DNA of 64,000 nucleotides. It comes from Candidatus Kerfeldbacteria bacterium (GTDB lineage Bacteria > Patescibacteriota > Patescibacteriia > UBA10025 > JAHIVO01). The DNA is taken from contig JACROE010000002.1 of assembly GCA_016214565.1 (NCBI GenBank), positions 212,584-276,583 on the forward strand, in the 5' to 3' direction. Positions 46,638 to 56,575 of this stretch are shown in pieces. Position 1 is the first letter of the stretch. The number at the start of each line of letters is the position of its first letter. A program made the position numbers and the translations under genes. The notes under the pieces were generated by a model that searched no databases, was not told the origin of the DNA, and saw only the letters and a list, made by a program, of their open reading frames with translations.

Positions 46638-48050
46638 TCAAAAAGTCATAGTACGCAGCACGGCGCAGGTTGGCGTAGTCGCATCTTGCCAGACATAATC
46701 AGGAAATTGGCCAGGATTATTCTTTGACTGAATAATCTTTTCGTAGGCAGCCTGGACTTTGCCCACGTAATTCCTGGTTTCCGCGTAGCCAGGATTCTCC
46801 ACGCACTCCCACCAGGTTTGACCCGGACACGTCACACTCGAACAATTTGCGCCAACTCCGCCATTATAGGCCGCGTTCGCGTATTTATGATCACCATTTT
46901 TACACTGTGTTTGCTCTGGAAAGCACGAAGCTTTTTTCCCACTTTTATAGGTGGCTGACTTGGGGCACGTGCCATTCAACAAATCCCGATACAACTGTGC
47001 GGCAATGTTTATATTAGTCGCTGGATTGAGTAGCTGCTCACAGGTTATCCCGCCTGAATATTTCGCTGCGGTAGATGGCATCAATTGAATGAGTCCACAG
47101 GCGCCAACGGACGATTTTGCCTTTGGGTTACCCGATGACTCGACCAGCATCAGCGCCTTGAGCCAATCACGATCAATGCCGATATTTGCCGCTTCGGCAG
47201 TCAAACAATTATCAAAGGTACTGGTATTTGCGGTTACGGCAAACCCACTTGAAGTTTTTTCCGGCGTTTCTTTGATTTCAAATTCTCGAATCGGAAATTG
47301 TCGTTCAATTTTAATCCCATCAAACTTGACTAAATTTGGATTGATCGTCAAAAGTATGGTATACGAGGCAACCGCAATCAGCAGCCCAATCAGCGCACTG
47401 GAAATAGTCTCTTTGGCGCTCTGAATCTGCGATTGATTGCCAAAAGAGATAATATAGCGGAACCCGCCGTACATCACAAAAACGGTGGAAAGAATACCAG
47501 CCACGCTCACCAGAAATACATAGAGTGCAATAATATATTCCCCGAGTGTCGCACCCGTGATAACGACAGTCCTCCCCTCGTTAAAAATGCTGGAAAATGG
47601 AATAGAGACTTGCGGAATAAACGAAACGAGTCGACGAGGATTATCCTCAGGTGTCGTTTGAGTTTCGCCTCTCCACTGAATACATTGGTCAATTTCAGTG
47701 CAGACCTCTCCGCTTGCGTTGCACACCGTGGCAGCGCAACCCTGCGGCTCATCTGGTTTGACGACAAAACATTGCCCTTCGATTCCCTCATGCGGTGGAC
47801 AGACACAGCAGCGCACGGTCGCGGTCGGCCTTTGCCGACAAGTACTAATCTGATCACAGGGCTGAGATTGCATGACATAACCAAATGCCTCACATTGAGC
47901 AGTCTCTGGATTGGTATGTGAATAGCATTCACCTGGACCTTTGACACAGCATCGTTCAGTTTCAGGCAACCCTTGAGCGCTGACTACACTCGGAGCCACA
48001 ACAAATAACCCCGCTCCGATGATTATCAGCGTGAAAAGATATCGTCGCAT
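46638..48050 (-). CDS. Fusion of a Cys-rich domain, a TrbC/VirB2-like pilin segment and an SLT lytic transglycosylase
   Basis: Signal peptide; YGGFRYIISFGN..QI..AKETISSALIGL; SLT motifs VESSGNP.A.S..GA.GLIQLMPSTA, AAYNGG and ETRNYV. Confidence 0.85.
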   Translation of the reverse strand: MRRYLFTLIIIGAGLFVVAPSVVSAQGLPETERCCVKGPGECYSHTNPETAQCEAFGYVMQSQPCDQISTCRQRPTATVRCCVCPPHEGIEGQCFVVKPDEPQGCAATVCNASGEVCTEIDQCIQWRGETQTTPEDNPRRLVSFIPQVSIPFSSIFNEGRTVVITGATLGEYIIALYVFLVSVAGILSTVFVMYGGFRYIISFGNQSQIQSAKETISSALIGLLIAVASYTILLTINPNLVKFDGIKIERQFPIREFEIKETPEKTSSGFAVTANTSTFDNCLTAEAANIGIDRDWLKALMLVESSGNPKAKSSVGACGLIQLMPSTAAKYSGGITCEQLLNPATNINIAAQLYRDLLNGTCPKSATYKSGKKASCFPEQTQCKNGDHKYANAAYNGGVGANCSSVTCPGQTWWECVENPGYAETRNYVGKVQAAYEKIIQSKNNPGQFPDYVWQDATTPTCAVLRTMTF

Positions 48051-48052
48051 AA

Positions 48053-49318
48053 CTATGGCAATTGGATAGTGTACACGTTTCCGGTATTGGCGTCGGTAAA
48101 GTATAACCGATTGTCATCATTGGAAACCACTAAATTCACAACGGTATACTCCTTGTTGCCAGTCGAGAGCGTGGGCAAAGCAACCAGGGTGCGCAAGCCT
48201 GAGTTAGTATCTATTTTATAAATTAAGTCATTGGTATTAGTAGCAGCTGATGGGACTATCCCAGTACCTTCAGGCAAAAATTTTGGTACCGCACAATAAA
48301 CAAATGACTCGCTATGCGTGAATGAACATTTTGACGACCATGTTTGTAATCCTAATTCAATGGTATTGCCTCCCGTAGTATCCCCACTCGCATCAACCAG
48401 AAATAACTCAGGGTTATAGCGAGAGCTGGCATTATAGGTACTGTACAGTAATTGTTTGCCGTCGGGTGACCAAGTGCCTTCGAAGCCACGCCCGGTGGTG
48501 GTGATTGATTTGAAATTTTCTCCCTGGGTGCCAATCAAAAATATTTCCTGACTAGTTCCATTTTGCGCCTCACGGAAAGTAGCTACCACTTGGCTCGAGG
48601 GAGACCAATTAATATCAACGTTTTGGCTCTGGTCGCCGAGCGGTTCAATCGCCTCGACCTGAGAACCGTCGGAATTGGAAATCGCTAGCCAGCGCTCATC
48701 CTCGATGTCTGACTCATTTTTAAAGCCTAATTTCTGGCCATTGGGAGAAAATTCAACGTCATTCCAGGTGCGCGGAATCGTCAGCTGATTATGCAAATCA
48801 AAATCGTAGATGATTTTCGTGTCATCGGGAAACGTAATCAACGCTTTATTTTCAACTGGTGACCACTCAATCGTATCGGCCTGGGGGAATATTTGATCGG
48901 AGAGTGCAACTTGCTTACCTAGTGCATCAAGCATAAAAAACTGCCCGGTATCTTTATCGTAAAAACGAATCCCGTTGCCGTCCGGGGTCGTATTCACGCC
49001 AAGGGCATTGGCTCGCGCCACAATATCAGCAATAGTTTCACCTCCCTGAGCTACCGGGCTTGGCCCGGTATTCGTATTGGCCGCTGGTGCGGTATTCGTG
49101 AAGCGATTTGTATTTGTGACGTTGGTAGGAGGAATATTTACTGCGCCATTAGAGTTTGGCAATACGCCACCATTCGTTACTTGATTCGTATTCTGGTTTG
49201 CATTATCATTTCCATTTCCCGAGGTAAAAATGTCGCGCAAAAAAACAAAATATATCAGCGCGCCAAACACGATGACAATCAAGATAAAGAGCGTAATGAA
49301 TAATAGTCGTCGATTCAT
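48053..49318 (-). CDS. Membrane-anchored TolB-like beta-propeller protein
   Basis: N-terminal TM helix, Asn/Thr-rich linker, WSP/FSPNG/WSPDG blades. Confidence 0.75.
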   Translation of the reverse strand: MNRRLLFITLFILIVIVFGALIYFVFLRDIFTSGNGNDNANQNTNQVTNGGVLPNSNGAVNIPPTNVTNTNRFTNTAPAANTNTGPSPVAQGGETIADIVARANALGVNTTPDGNGIRFYDKDTGQFFMLDALGKQVALSDQIFPQADTIEWSPVENKALITFPDDTKIIYDFDLHNQLTIPRTWNDVEFSPNGQKLGFKNESDIEDERWLAISNSDGSQVEAIEPLGDQSQNVDINWSPSSQVVATFREAQNGTSQEIFLIGTQGENFKSITTTGRGFEGTWSPDGKQLLYSTYNASSRYNPELFLVDASGDTTGGNTIELGLQTWSSKCSFTHSESFVYCAVPKFLPEGTGIVPSAATNTNDLIYKIDTNSGLRTLVALPTLSTGNKEYTVVNLVVSNDDNRLYFTDANTGNVYTIQLP

Positions 49319-49324
49319 AGTTTC

Positions 49325-50404
49325 TTATTGACAAAAATACTGCACGAATCCGCCCACGATACTCTGGTCAGGCGGACGAATATCACCGGGGCCAAAAAAA
49401 TTAAACCTGGCTTGGGGCATAATGACACATGATTTCCCCTCTTCACATACTTTGCCAATCAGCAAATTATGAGGAACTGTTTTTTCCTTAATCATCCCAC
49501 AGTCAAGATCGTTTAAAATATGCGCATTATAAATAAGATTATCAGTAGGATTTAATATCGGCCATTGATCAATGCATTCAAATGTAGACTTGCCATCTTC
49601 CTCCACGGCAGCACACACCTTATTTTCCCCACACGTAATACCAATACACTCATCCGTTTGTCCTTCATGCCAAATGAACCCGCAGGTTTGAAACAATTTC
49701 TCCTTGCAAACTTTACGATCCCCATAACTCAAAACGCAACCATATGTTTTTTCTCGGCCGTCATCAGCAATGACCTGACAGGTTTCCCCGTCAGTGCAAT
49801 TTGAGCCCTTATACACACACTGTTTACTGTCTGCGCTCTCAATCACCCCCGTACGTTCGACGGTTCCGACGTCACCACAGTTCACCGAGCCCTCAACTTT
49901 CGGCGTTGCGGTTCCCTCTCGATCCTCGCACCAACCCGCTCCAAATTCTGCGATCGGAGTAAAATCAATCACATCAAAACGAGTCAAATTCGGATTGATA
50001 AAATACAGTATGGTGTATGAACTGACCACCAATAATAACCCAATCAATGCGCTGGAAATCGTTTCTTTGGCACTCTGAATCTGTGACTGATTGCCAAATG
50101 ATATGACATACCGAAATCCTCCATACATAACGAAAACCGTGGTCAAGATACCAGCCACCCCCGCAAAATACCGATAAATGCCGACAATGTAGCAGCCAAG
50201 ATTTTTTATGTAGTGCCCACCGTCATGATTAACGGTCACTCCGGGTATTTCAATACTGAGCTTAATTGCCTTGGTAAAATCAGTTATGGCGCATGGATCA
50301 GTCTGATTGGCTCCTTGGGCAAATGTAGTCAATGGCACAATGACCATCGCGGTTACGATAGCTATCCTGAAAACAATGCGATGTGATTTGAGCCAACGAA
50401 CCAT
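49325..50404 (-). CDS. TrbC/VirB2-like pilin with a Cys-rich C-terminal domain
   Basis: Signal peptide; pilin segment nearly identical to that in 46638-48050; many Cys downstream. Confidence 0.75.
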   Translation of the reverse strand: MVRWLKSHRIVFRIAIVTAMVIVPLTTFAQGANQTDPCAITDFTKAIKLSIEIPGVTVNHDGGHYIKNLGCYIVGIYRYFAGVAGILTTVFVMYGGFRYVISFGNQSQIQSAKETISSALIGLLLVVSSYTILYFINPNLTRFDVIDFTPIAEFGAGWCEDREGTATPKVEGSVNCGDVGTVERTGVIESADSKQCVYKGSNCTDGETCQVIADDGREKTYGCVLSYGDRKVCKEKLFQTCGFIWHEGQTDECIGITCGENKVCAAVEEDGKSTFECIDQWPILNPTDNLIYNAHILNDLDCGMIKEKTVPHNLLIGKVCEEGKSCVIMPQARFNFFGPGDIRPPDQSIVGGFVQYFCQ

Positions 50405-50419
50405 AACTTAAAAGGGAGA

Positions 50420-51073
50420 CTACAATTGATTAATCAAGTCCTCGGGTGATACAACACTATTCGTGGGGGATGATTCCGGTGCTGCAATACCCTTCTCCTG
50501 CCATGAAGCAGTATCCACGAGCCACCCCTCCCCTTCATAGGCTAATCTCAGAATAATATCCTGATAGTATATATCCTGACTTTCCGTCGTATCACCAGTT
50601 TCGATCCGCTGAGTGGATAATCGAATAGTCGCATTGCCACTGTCCTGAGCGGTAATTGACGTGCTCAGCACTTTAGTCACCACCTCGGTGAATGCCCCGC
50701 TGGTGGCCTGGCTCGACTGCCGTCGCACAAAATCATCTGCCGATTGCTGCATCCGAGCGGTCATATACGGCTTCAGATTAGTAATATTCACAAATTCTGA
50801 TTCTGAGGTATAGCTCCCATACCGCTCAGTAAAAAATTGGGCCAAGCGTGTCGCATCCACGGTCACCGGATCCACCGCCGTCCCCGGATTGGTATTTACA
50901 TTCGTGGTCACGTCGACCACTGCCACATTCGCCGCTTGATTTGTCGTATTCGTCGGCGTCACGGCATCATCGGCCGACTGAAAATAAAACCAAGCCAATA
51001 CCCCCAGTAACACCACGATGGCACCGCCTGCTATCAAGAGATACTGGCGCTGAGTTAAGTTGATTCGTGCCAT
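50420..51073 (-). CDS. Single-TM protein, possibly VirB8/TcpC-like (NTF2-like fold)
   Basis: TM helix, linker, RLAQFFTERYGSY...MT and C-terminal L..EG.GWLVD; adjacent to virB4. Confidence 0.5.
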   Translation of the reverse strand: MARINLTQRQYLLIAGGAIVVLLGVLAWFYFQSADDAVTPTNTTNQAANVAVVDVTTNVNTNPGTAVDPVTVDATRLAQFFTERYGSYTSESEFVNITNLKPYMTARMQQSADDFVRRQSSQATSGAFTEVVTKVLSTSITAQDSGNATIRLSTQRIETGDTTESQDIYYQDIILRLAYEGEGWLVDTASWQEKGIAAPESSPTNSVVSPEDLINQL

Positions 51074-51104
51074 AAAATATATAGATTAACCTTTAATAAT
51101 TGAC

Positions 51105-53003
51105 TTAGGCCGATGCCTCGGCTCCTTCGCGCTGCGAAGCGACAAACTCGCGTTTGGCCTGCTCTATTTCCAGCAACTGGCGCGGATCAGAGGTAATGAT
51201 CTGATCCTCCGTGTATGAAGCAACCACTTTTATAGCGGCGTGCTTCGAGCCGGCAAAGAAAATGCCTTCACCCACCCCGCACTCAAGCAGGAGATATTTC
51301 TCTCCTTCGGTCAGCAGGAATGTCTTGGCAATCAGATCAATCGCCGCTGGTGACTGTTTCATCAGCAACTGAATCGCGGAGTTATTCACGATTGCCTGTC
51401 CATACGGCGATCGCAAAAAGTCATTCACGTCCTGGGTAATAGTCGTGACACCCAGGTAATATTTACGACATCGCTTCACCAGAGCAAAAATAAATTTCGC
51501 GGAATCTTCCTGCTGCATCAACCACCACGCTTCATCAATGACCATCAGGCGTTTCTTCAATTGGGAACGTACCGTATTCCAGATATAGGAAACGATCAAC
51601 TGGATACCGACGGGCTTCAATTCATCCTCAAGATCACGCACTGAGAACACCACTAACTGGTTATTCATTTCCACGTTGGTCGGGTTATTGAGTAAACCAG
51701 CAAACGTTCCTTCCGTATATTTCTTGAGGCGGGTCACCAATTGGTCAGCACCGACCATGCCCTCGAGCACTTCTTGGAAATCCTGGAAGAGCGGCGGTTC
51801 GACGCGAGTCAAATCTGTTTCTGCCGTAATATCTTTCTTGGCATAGGTCTCAATCAAAGCTCGATCAATGATGGAGTCTTCCTCGTGGGAAAATTGACCC
51901 AGCATCAGCCGAAGCAGACCCTTCAGAGTGATGACCGCCGACCGAATAATATCCGACGTTTTTTCATCCTTGCGCGTCGGCCGCGGCAAATCAAACGGAT
52001 TAATCTTACTCTCTGAACTCAATGAAATGTTAATATAGGTACCGCCCACGGCATCGGATAAGTATTTGTACTCCATTTCTGGATCAATCACGATGACGTC
52101 AGTGCCCAGCATCATGCTGCGCAATATTTCCAGCTTAACGGCGTAGCTTTTACCAGCACCGGAGGTGGCGAAAACCACCGAGTTCGCATTTTGCAGAGAA
52201 AATCGGTCAAATAATATAAGGCTATTGTTATGACGATTAATTCCGTACAGGATACCGTTGTCGCTGGTCAACTCGGACGAAATAAAAGGGAACGATGAGG
52301 CAACCGGCGAACTGGCCATATTGAAGGTGATATTCAATTCATCGGTCGCAAGCGGCAAGGTGGACATGAAGCCCTGCTCCGCTTGATAGAGCACCCGCTT
52401 GGTATACACCAGTCGCGAGCCAAACAGCGATTCAACTTTTTCCGTTATCTTATCCAGCTCATCTTTTTGTTGTGCGTACATGGTAATATACAGCGCGTAC
52501 TGGAAAAACCGTTCAATGCCCTGCGTCAGGTCATCGCGTAGCTTTTCAATATCACGAAGCGCCGTTTCACGGATCGGATCGCGGGGGGCACCTTTTTCCG
52601 CATCGGCTAATATTTGAGCTTCCAGGGCGCCCACTTTATTGCGCAATTGCTTCAAAATAATTTCCGAATTAACCGGATAGAAAAACATGGCAATGTCCAG
52701 TGGAACGTTCAGATTGATCACCGGCGCAAACCATCCGACACGGATATAGCGTGGATATGCCACAACAAATATGGTCCGGACAAACTGGGAGCCCAATTCC
52801 AGATAACGCGATTCAATCCTCATTGATGCCGGCGCAATCAAATCGCGCACCGTCACCACGCCGCGCCGATACGCTTTTTCTGATTCGAGGAGTGTCTTTT
52901 TTTCCTCAAGTTGTTCGCGCGCCAGCTGCTCCTTTTCCTGAGGAGTTAATTCGGGTGGTCGTTCAGTTGGGATGGATTGCGTAGCACGATAGAGTTCAAC
53001 CAT
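51105..53003 (-). CDS. virB4: VirB4-like type IV secretion ATPase
   Basis: Walker A ATSGAGKSY, VIDPEMEY, INPFDL, Walker B MVIDEAW, RCRKY, ITQDVNDF. Confidence 0.9.
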   Translation of the reverse strand: MVELYRATQSIPTERPPELTPQEKEQLAREQLEEKKTLLESEKAYRRGVVTVRDLIAPASMRIESRYLELGSQFVRTIFVVAYPRYIRVGWFAPVINLNVPLDIAMFFYPVNSEIILKQLRNKVGALEAQILADAEKGAPRDPIRETALRDIEKLRDDLTQGIERFFQYALYITMYAQQKDELDKITEKVESLFGSRLVYTKRVLYQAEQGFMSTLPLATDELNITFNMASSPVASSFPFISSELTSDNGILYGINRHNNSLILFDRFSLQNANSVVFATSGAGKSYAVKLEILRSMMLGTDVIVIDPEMEYKYLSDAVGGTYINISLSSESKINPFDLPRPTRKDEKTSDIIRSAVITLKGLLRLMLGQFSHEEDSIIDRALIETYAKKDITAETDLTRVEPPLFQDFQEVLEGMVGADQLVTRLKKYTEGTFAGLLNNPTNVEMNNQLVVFSVRDLEDELKPVGIQLIVSYIWNTVRSQLKKRLMVIDEAWWLMQQEDSAKFIFALVKRCRKYYLGVTTITQDVNDFLRSPYGQAIVNNSAIQLLMKQSPAAIDLIAKTFLLTEGEKYLLLECGVGEGIFFAGSKHAAIKVVASYTEDQIITSDPRQLLEIEQAKREFVASQREGAEASA

Positions 53004-53004
53004 A

Positions 53005-53682
53005 CTATTCGATATTGAGTTTGCTCACGTCGACTAATTGTTGCTGGTCGTATGTGTCAGGGTTGTACGTATTATAATACAATTCGATCAAGCTCTGCGT
53101 GTCTAGCTGGACCGCTTTCAAACCAATCGAACTTAAACCGTCAATAATGTACTCAATGCGCTTCTGCATCTCAATCCGATTTTTCTCGAATTTCTTTTGT
53201 TTAATGGTGATAACGTTTGTTGGCGACAGCACCTCTTTCACTCGGCTAAAAAACCCCTTGGCTTTTATATTGCCGGCGGCGTACGGCACAACGATATAAA
53301 ATCGCTTGCTCATGATGTCTGCCAGTGAAACCAATTCCTGAATATACTGGCGATACTCCCGGGTTTGCACTTTGAGCAGCTCATTGGTCTGCTCTTTCTC
53401 AACCGTTTTCAGCCGCTCCAGGTAATCGTCAATATTTAGTTTCCGAGATTGAATCAATATTTGAAGGGGAAATTCTATCGTATTCAAAAATTGAACATAC
53501 CCTTGAATAACCGCATTTTGTTCGTCTTCAGATTTCAAAGCAAAATTGATCGACGAAACGAGTACAACTGCACGCAGCGTCCCATCTTTCAGGATAACCG
53601 TGTTATCCTTGATTTCAAGAATGCTCATGTATTGCTGAGTAGCGGCCGCGAGATTATTTTTACTGATTTTTTCTTCAGCCAT
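53005..53682 (-). CDS. T4SS-associated protein (TraC/VirB4 N-terminal-like)
   Basis: VSSINFALKSEDEQNA, FLNTIEFPLQILIQSR, FYIVVPY; lies between prgI and virB4. Confidence 0.7.
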   Translation of the reverse strand: MAEEKISKNNLAAATQQYMSILEIKDNTVILKDGTLRAVVLVSSINFALKSEDEQNAVIQGYVQFLNTIEFPLQILIQSRKLNIDDYLERLKTVEKEQTNELLKVQTREYRQYIQELVSLADIMSKRFYIVVPYAAGNIKAKGFFSRVKEVLSPTNVITIKQKKFEKNRIEMQKRIEYIIDGLSSIGLKAVQLDTQSLIELYYNTYNPDTYDQQQLVDVSKLNIE

Positions 53683-53687
53683 GATGA

Positions 53688-54119
53688 TTAATTATTTGGC
53701 TCAAGTCCTTCCTGATACGCCCCGCCTGTATCGACCACGAGCGATAACTCGGTCAATCGCGATTCAGTTAAGCGTTGCTTCTTGGAGGGAGGGGGCGGTG
53801 CGGGCTTTTCCTTCTCCTCTTTAACACTGCTATTATCATACTGCTTATGCCAGATGGTCAGGGTCGGCCGACGCAATGTTTGCATCATGTTTAATAAAAA
53901 ATGGTGAAACGGTCGCCCATTAATTTTCGCAAAAGCAAATACACCAGTCAGAGCAAAAATGAGTACGCCTTCAATGGCGGCCGCCCAAAAGTTGGCGAGT
54001 TTAAAAACAATAAAAATCATGCCGGCACCGATTAAAAAAGTGATGAACTGGCGCACCGTTAAGGGGCCAATAATTTTATTCTCAACATCGAGGAATTGAG
54101 GAACAATAAATTGCTGCAT
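53688..54119 (-). CDS. prgI: PrgI-family (VirB3-like) protein
   Basis: QFIVPQFLDVENKIIGPLTVRQF, two TM helices, KINGRPF. Confidence 0.85.
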   Translation of the reverse strand: MQQFIVPQFLDVENKIIGPLTVRQFITFLIGAGMIFIVFKLANFWAAAIEGVLIFALTGVFAFAKINGRPFHHFLLNMMQTLRRPTLTIWHKQYDNSSVKEEKEKPAPPPPSKKQRLTESRLTELSLVVDTGGAYQEGLEPNN

Positions 54120-54121
54120 AC

Positions 54122-55453
54122 CTAAGTGACGAGTCGCGCATTGAGCGCATTAATGGCAAAAAATTCTTCCGTCAAGAGAAATGGCTGCTGACTTTCGCGA
54201 CGTTTTCTCACAATCTCACCAATAGGCACATTCTGCTCCATGCTTTCTCGGCCAATCGCCAAGTACAGTGCAAAAAGAGGCGAAGTACGCCAGGCCTGAA
54301 CTGCTTGCATCCGCATTTCCCACGACTCCTCCTCCAGTAATTCAATTTTTTCATACACTTTATCCGCTGATTCTGAGGGATTGGTACCCAAGCGGCGGAA
54401 TTCCTGCAAATCAACTTGATGAATTTCTTCAACAGGTCCAACCACGCCCGCAGGCTGGCGGATGTCAATCATTTGTGGTTTGTCCGGACGCATCGTCTGA
54501 CGAATGCGCGGCATCGCCTGATCAGACTGACCATACAATTCATGAGCAGGCGCAACCGGCCGTGGTGTCTCGGAAATAGGTACAGCCGGACGAACTGGTG
54601 GTCGAGGAACTGGCGATACGATTGGCGCGGGCGGTATCGCCGCGGCGGGTGGCTTCATAGCTGCCAATGCAGCCGCCATATCAGCTGGCATGGTGGGTGT
54701 AACCGGCGAGACAGGTGCGGCACCGCCTGGGCGGGGTACAAAAGCAGGTGGAGCAGCCGCATACATACCCCGCTCTGGAGCAGGCTGCGACGCTGGTTTT
54801 TTAATCACTGGAGTTTGAGCGGCAGGCTTACCGTGGCGCATTGTGTCTGACTCAACCATGACCGATTCAATAACCGCAGTAGCCACTGGAGCAGCGAAAC
54901 CCAGCCCACCAATCTTCGTCTGCCGTTGCAGCACGTCTTCTACTTCGATGGCGCTGCGCAAACCACGGATGAAAGACTCAAGCACCTTCGCAAATCGTTT
55001 TTGCATCAGATCGCTATCAAATGTCAGATTGTGCTTGCGAATGACTCGTTCAACGACTGCGTCAACGGTTTGCGCAGGATCTGAGGCGGGCTGCGTCACC
55101 ATTTTCTGCAATTCAGCGGCATGCCGTTTAATCTCCTCTTCATCACTTTTATCAATAAATGCCGCGGGTGCCGGGCCTAAATCTTTAAGCGGCGGACTCG
55201 GGCGAAATGGCGTGGGTGAGGGAGTCGGCACTACCGACTTTGCTGCTGGCTGGGCAGCAACCGGTGTAGCAACGATTTTTGGCGTTGGCGAAACTGACGC
55301 GGGCTTTGGAGCTACTGCCGGAGGCGGTGGGGTGGGCAGCGAACCTGAATCTACATCAATTGATTCATTATGATGCACACGAGAAAAGGTGCCTCCTGGG
55401 TCTTTAACCAGGAAGCCGTCTTGCCACTCATTCATTAATTGATCATCAGCCAT
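54122..55453 (-). CDS. Pro-rich hypothetical protein at the head of the T4SS-like locus
   Basis: Two helical domains separated by Pro/Ala-rich linkers; tightly coupled to prgI. Confidence 0.7.
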   Translation of the reverse strand: MADDQLMNEWQDGFLVKDPGGTFSRVHHNESIDVDSGSLPTPPPPAVAPKPASVSPTPKIVATPVAAQPAAKSVVPTPSPTPFRPSPPLKDLGPAPAAFIDKSDEEEIKRHAAELQKMVTQPASDPAQTVDAVVERVIRKHNLTFDSDLMQKRFAKVLESFIRGLRSAIEVEDVLQRQTKIGGLGFAAPVATAVIESVMVESDTMRHGKPAAQTPVIKKPASQPAPERGMYAAAPPAFVPRPGGAAPVSPVTPTMPADMAAALAAMKPPAAAIPPAPIVSPVPRPPVRPAVPISETPRPVAPAHELYGQSDQAMPRIRQTMRPDKPQMIDIRQPAGVVGPVEEIHQVDLQEFRRLGTNPSESADKVYEKIELLEEESWEMRMQAVQAWRTSPLFALYLAIGRESMEQNVPIGEIVRKRRESQQPFLLTEEFFAINALNARLVT

Positions 55454-55464
55454 TGTTTGTTTTT

Positions 55465-56418
55465 TTATAACGTCGTGATTGGACGAGTTTGCGTAATATA
55501 GAATTTATTGTGTGACCACGCCCATTCGATATCCTGTGGCGTACCATAGTGCTTCTCGATTGTTGCACACAATCGTGCTATTTTCATAATCTGAGCACTC
55601 TTCAATTTCTGTTTCTCGCGTTTTGCTAGCGGAACCATTACTTCACGGGTTCCCTGCGTTCCCTTGCGCTGTATCATCCGTTCTTGCCGTGAGACAGCAA
55701 TATCGAGAATAGCATCCGATTTCCGATCGACGACGTAGGTATCGGGCGTAATGCGTCCGGAAACAACCGCCTCTCCCTGCCCCCAGCCAGCCTCGATAAC
55801 CATATGCTGGCGATTCTTTGTCACGGGATGCGCCGTAAAGGTTATACCCGCCACTTCAGAATCAATCATTTCCTGCACCACCACGGCGACTGATACGGGA
55901 ATGGTATGTAATTTCTTCTCAAAACGATAAAAAATTGCTCGTGGCGTAAAAAGAGAGGACCAGCAGGTTTGTATCGTTTTCAGTAATTGTGGTTTTCGTA
56001 TGAATAAATACGACTCTAATTCCCCTGCCCATGATGCCGTCGAAGAATCCTCGGCTGTCGCAGATGAGCGGACGGCGACCGTAGTATTATGTAATTTTGT
56101 AAATGCGGCGAACACCTCTCGCGCTAACTCAGGGGGGAATGATGCGTTTTGAATTTTCCTTCGTAGTTCACGGGAGGCTCGGTTGATACTGGCTAAAACT
56201 TTCGGATCGACCGTGCGTAACATGCGGCTGGCGAGACTATCAATCCCCGTATCACGCATAAATTGATCAAATGCGGTACGCAATACCACAAAACCCTGAG
56301 GTACCGGGATGTGATGTGCGGTCATCTCGCCAAGATTTGCCCCTTTGCCGCCCGCGAGATTGACGCTCTTCTTATCGAGCTTGCTGAAGGGGGATACAAA
56401 GGCTTTCGATGACTTCAT
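55465..56418 (-). CDS. Stand-alone ATP-grasp domain of the PEP synthase/PPDK family (PPDK_N)
   Basis: GGKGANLGEM, VPQGFVV, VAVRSSATAEDS..ASWAG, AVVVQEMI, GQGEAVVSG..TPD, PQDIEWA, QTRPITTL-stop; no His or pyruvate-binding domain. Confidence 0.92.
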   Translation of the reverse strand: MKSSKAFVSPFSKLDKKSVNLAGGKGANLGEMTAHHIPVPQGFVVLRTAFDQFMRDTGIDSLASRMLRTVDPKVLASINRASRELRRKIQNASFPPELAREVFAAFTKLHNTTVAVRSSATAEDSSTASWAGELESYLFIRKPQLLKTIQTCWSSLFTPRAIFYRFEKKLHTIPVSVAVVVQEMIDSEVAGITFTAHPVTKNRQHMVIEAGWGQGEAVVSGRITPDTYVVDRKSDAILDIAVSRQERMIQRKGTQGTREVMVPLAKREKQKLKSAQIMKIARLCATIEKHYGTPQDIEWAWSHNKFYITQTRPITTL

Positions 56419-56473
56419 GATGATCGATTATGCTTAAAAAAATCATATAATGAGCATTCAAAATCATGGCTAC

Positions 56474-56502
56474 ATTATAGCATAATTTGCCGATAAAATC
56501 AA
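56474..56502 (-). promoter_or_regulatory. Sigma70 promoter for the ATP-grasp/T4SS-like operon
   Basis: TTGATT-17 bp-TATAAT with extended -10 TG; overlapped by a 10-bp inverted repeat. Confidence 0.7.
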
Positions 56503-56537
56503 ACCACGAAAATCATCGGCAAATATCTAAGTGATTG

Positions 56538-56566
56538 TTGAAGAAAACGCAAAAAAATGGTAAAAT
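56538..56566 (+). promoter_or_regulatory. Divergent sigma70 promoter for the gene at 56576
   Basis: TTGAAG-17 bp-TAAAAT with extended -10 TG, 9 bp before the ATG. Confidence 0.6.
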
Positions 56567-56575
56567 AACGTTACT

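Noticed and set aside
46638-55453. Integrative conjugative element
   Set aside because: No relaxase, integrase, VirD4 or att sites are visible. A chromosomal prgI-virB4-pilin locus is typical of CPR genomes.
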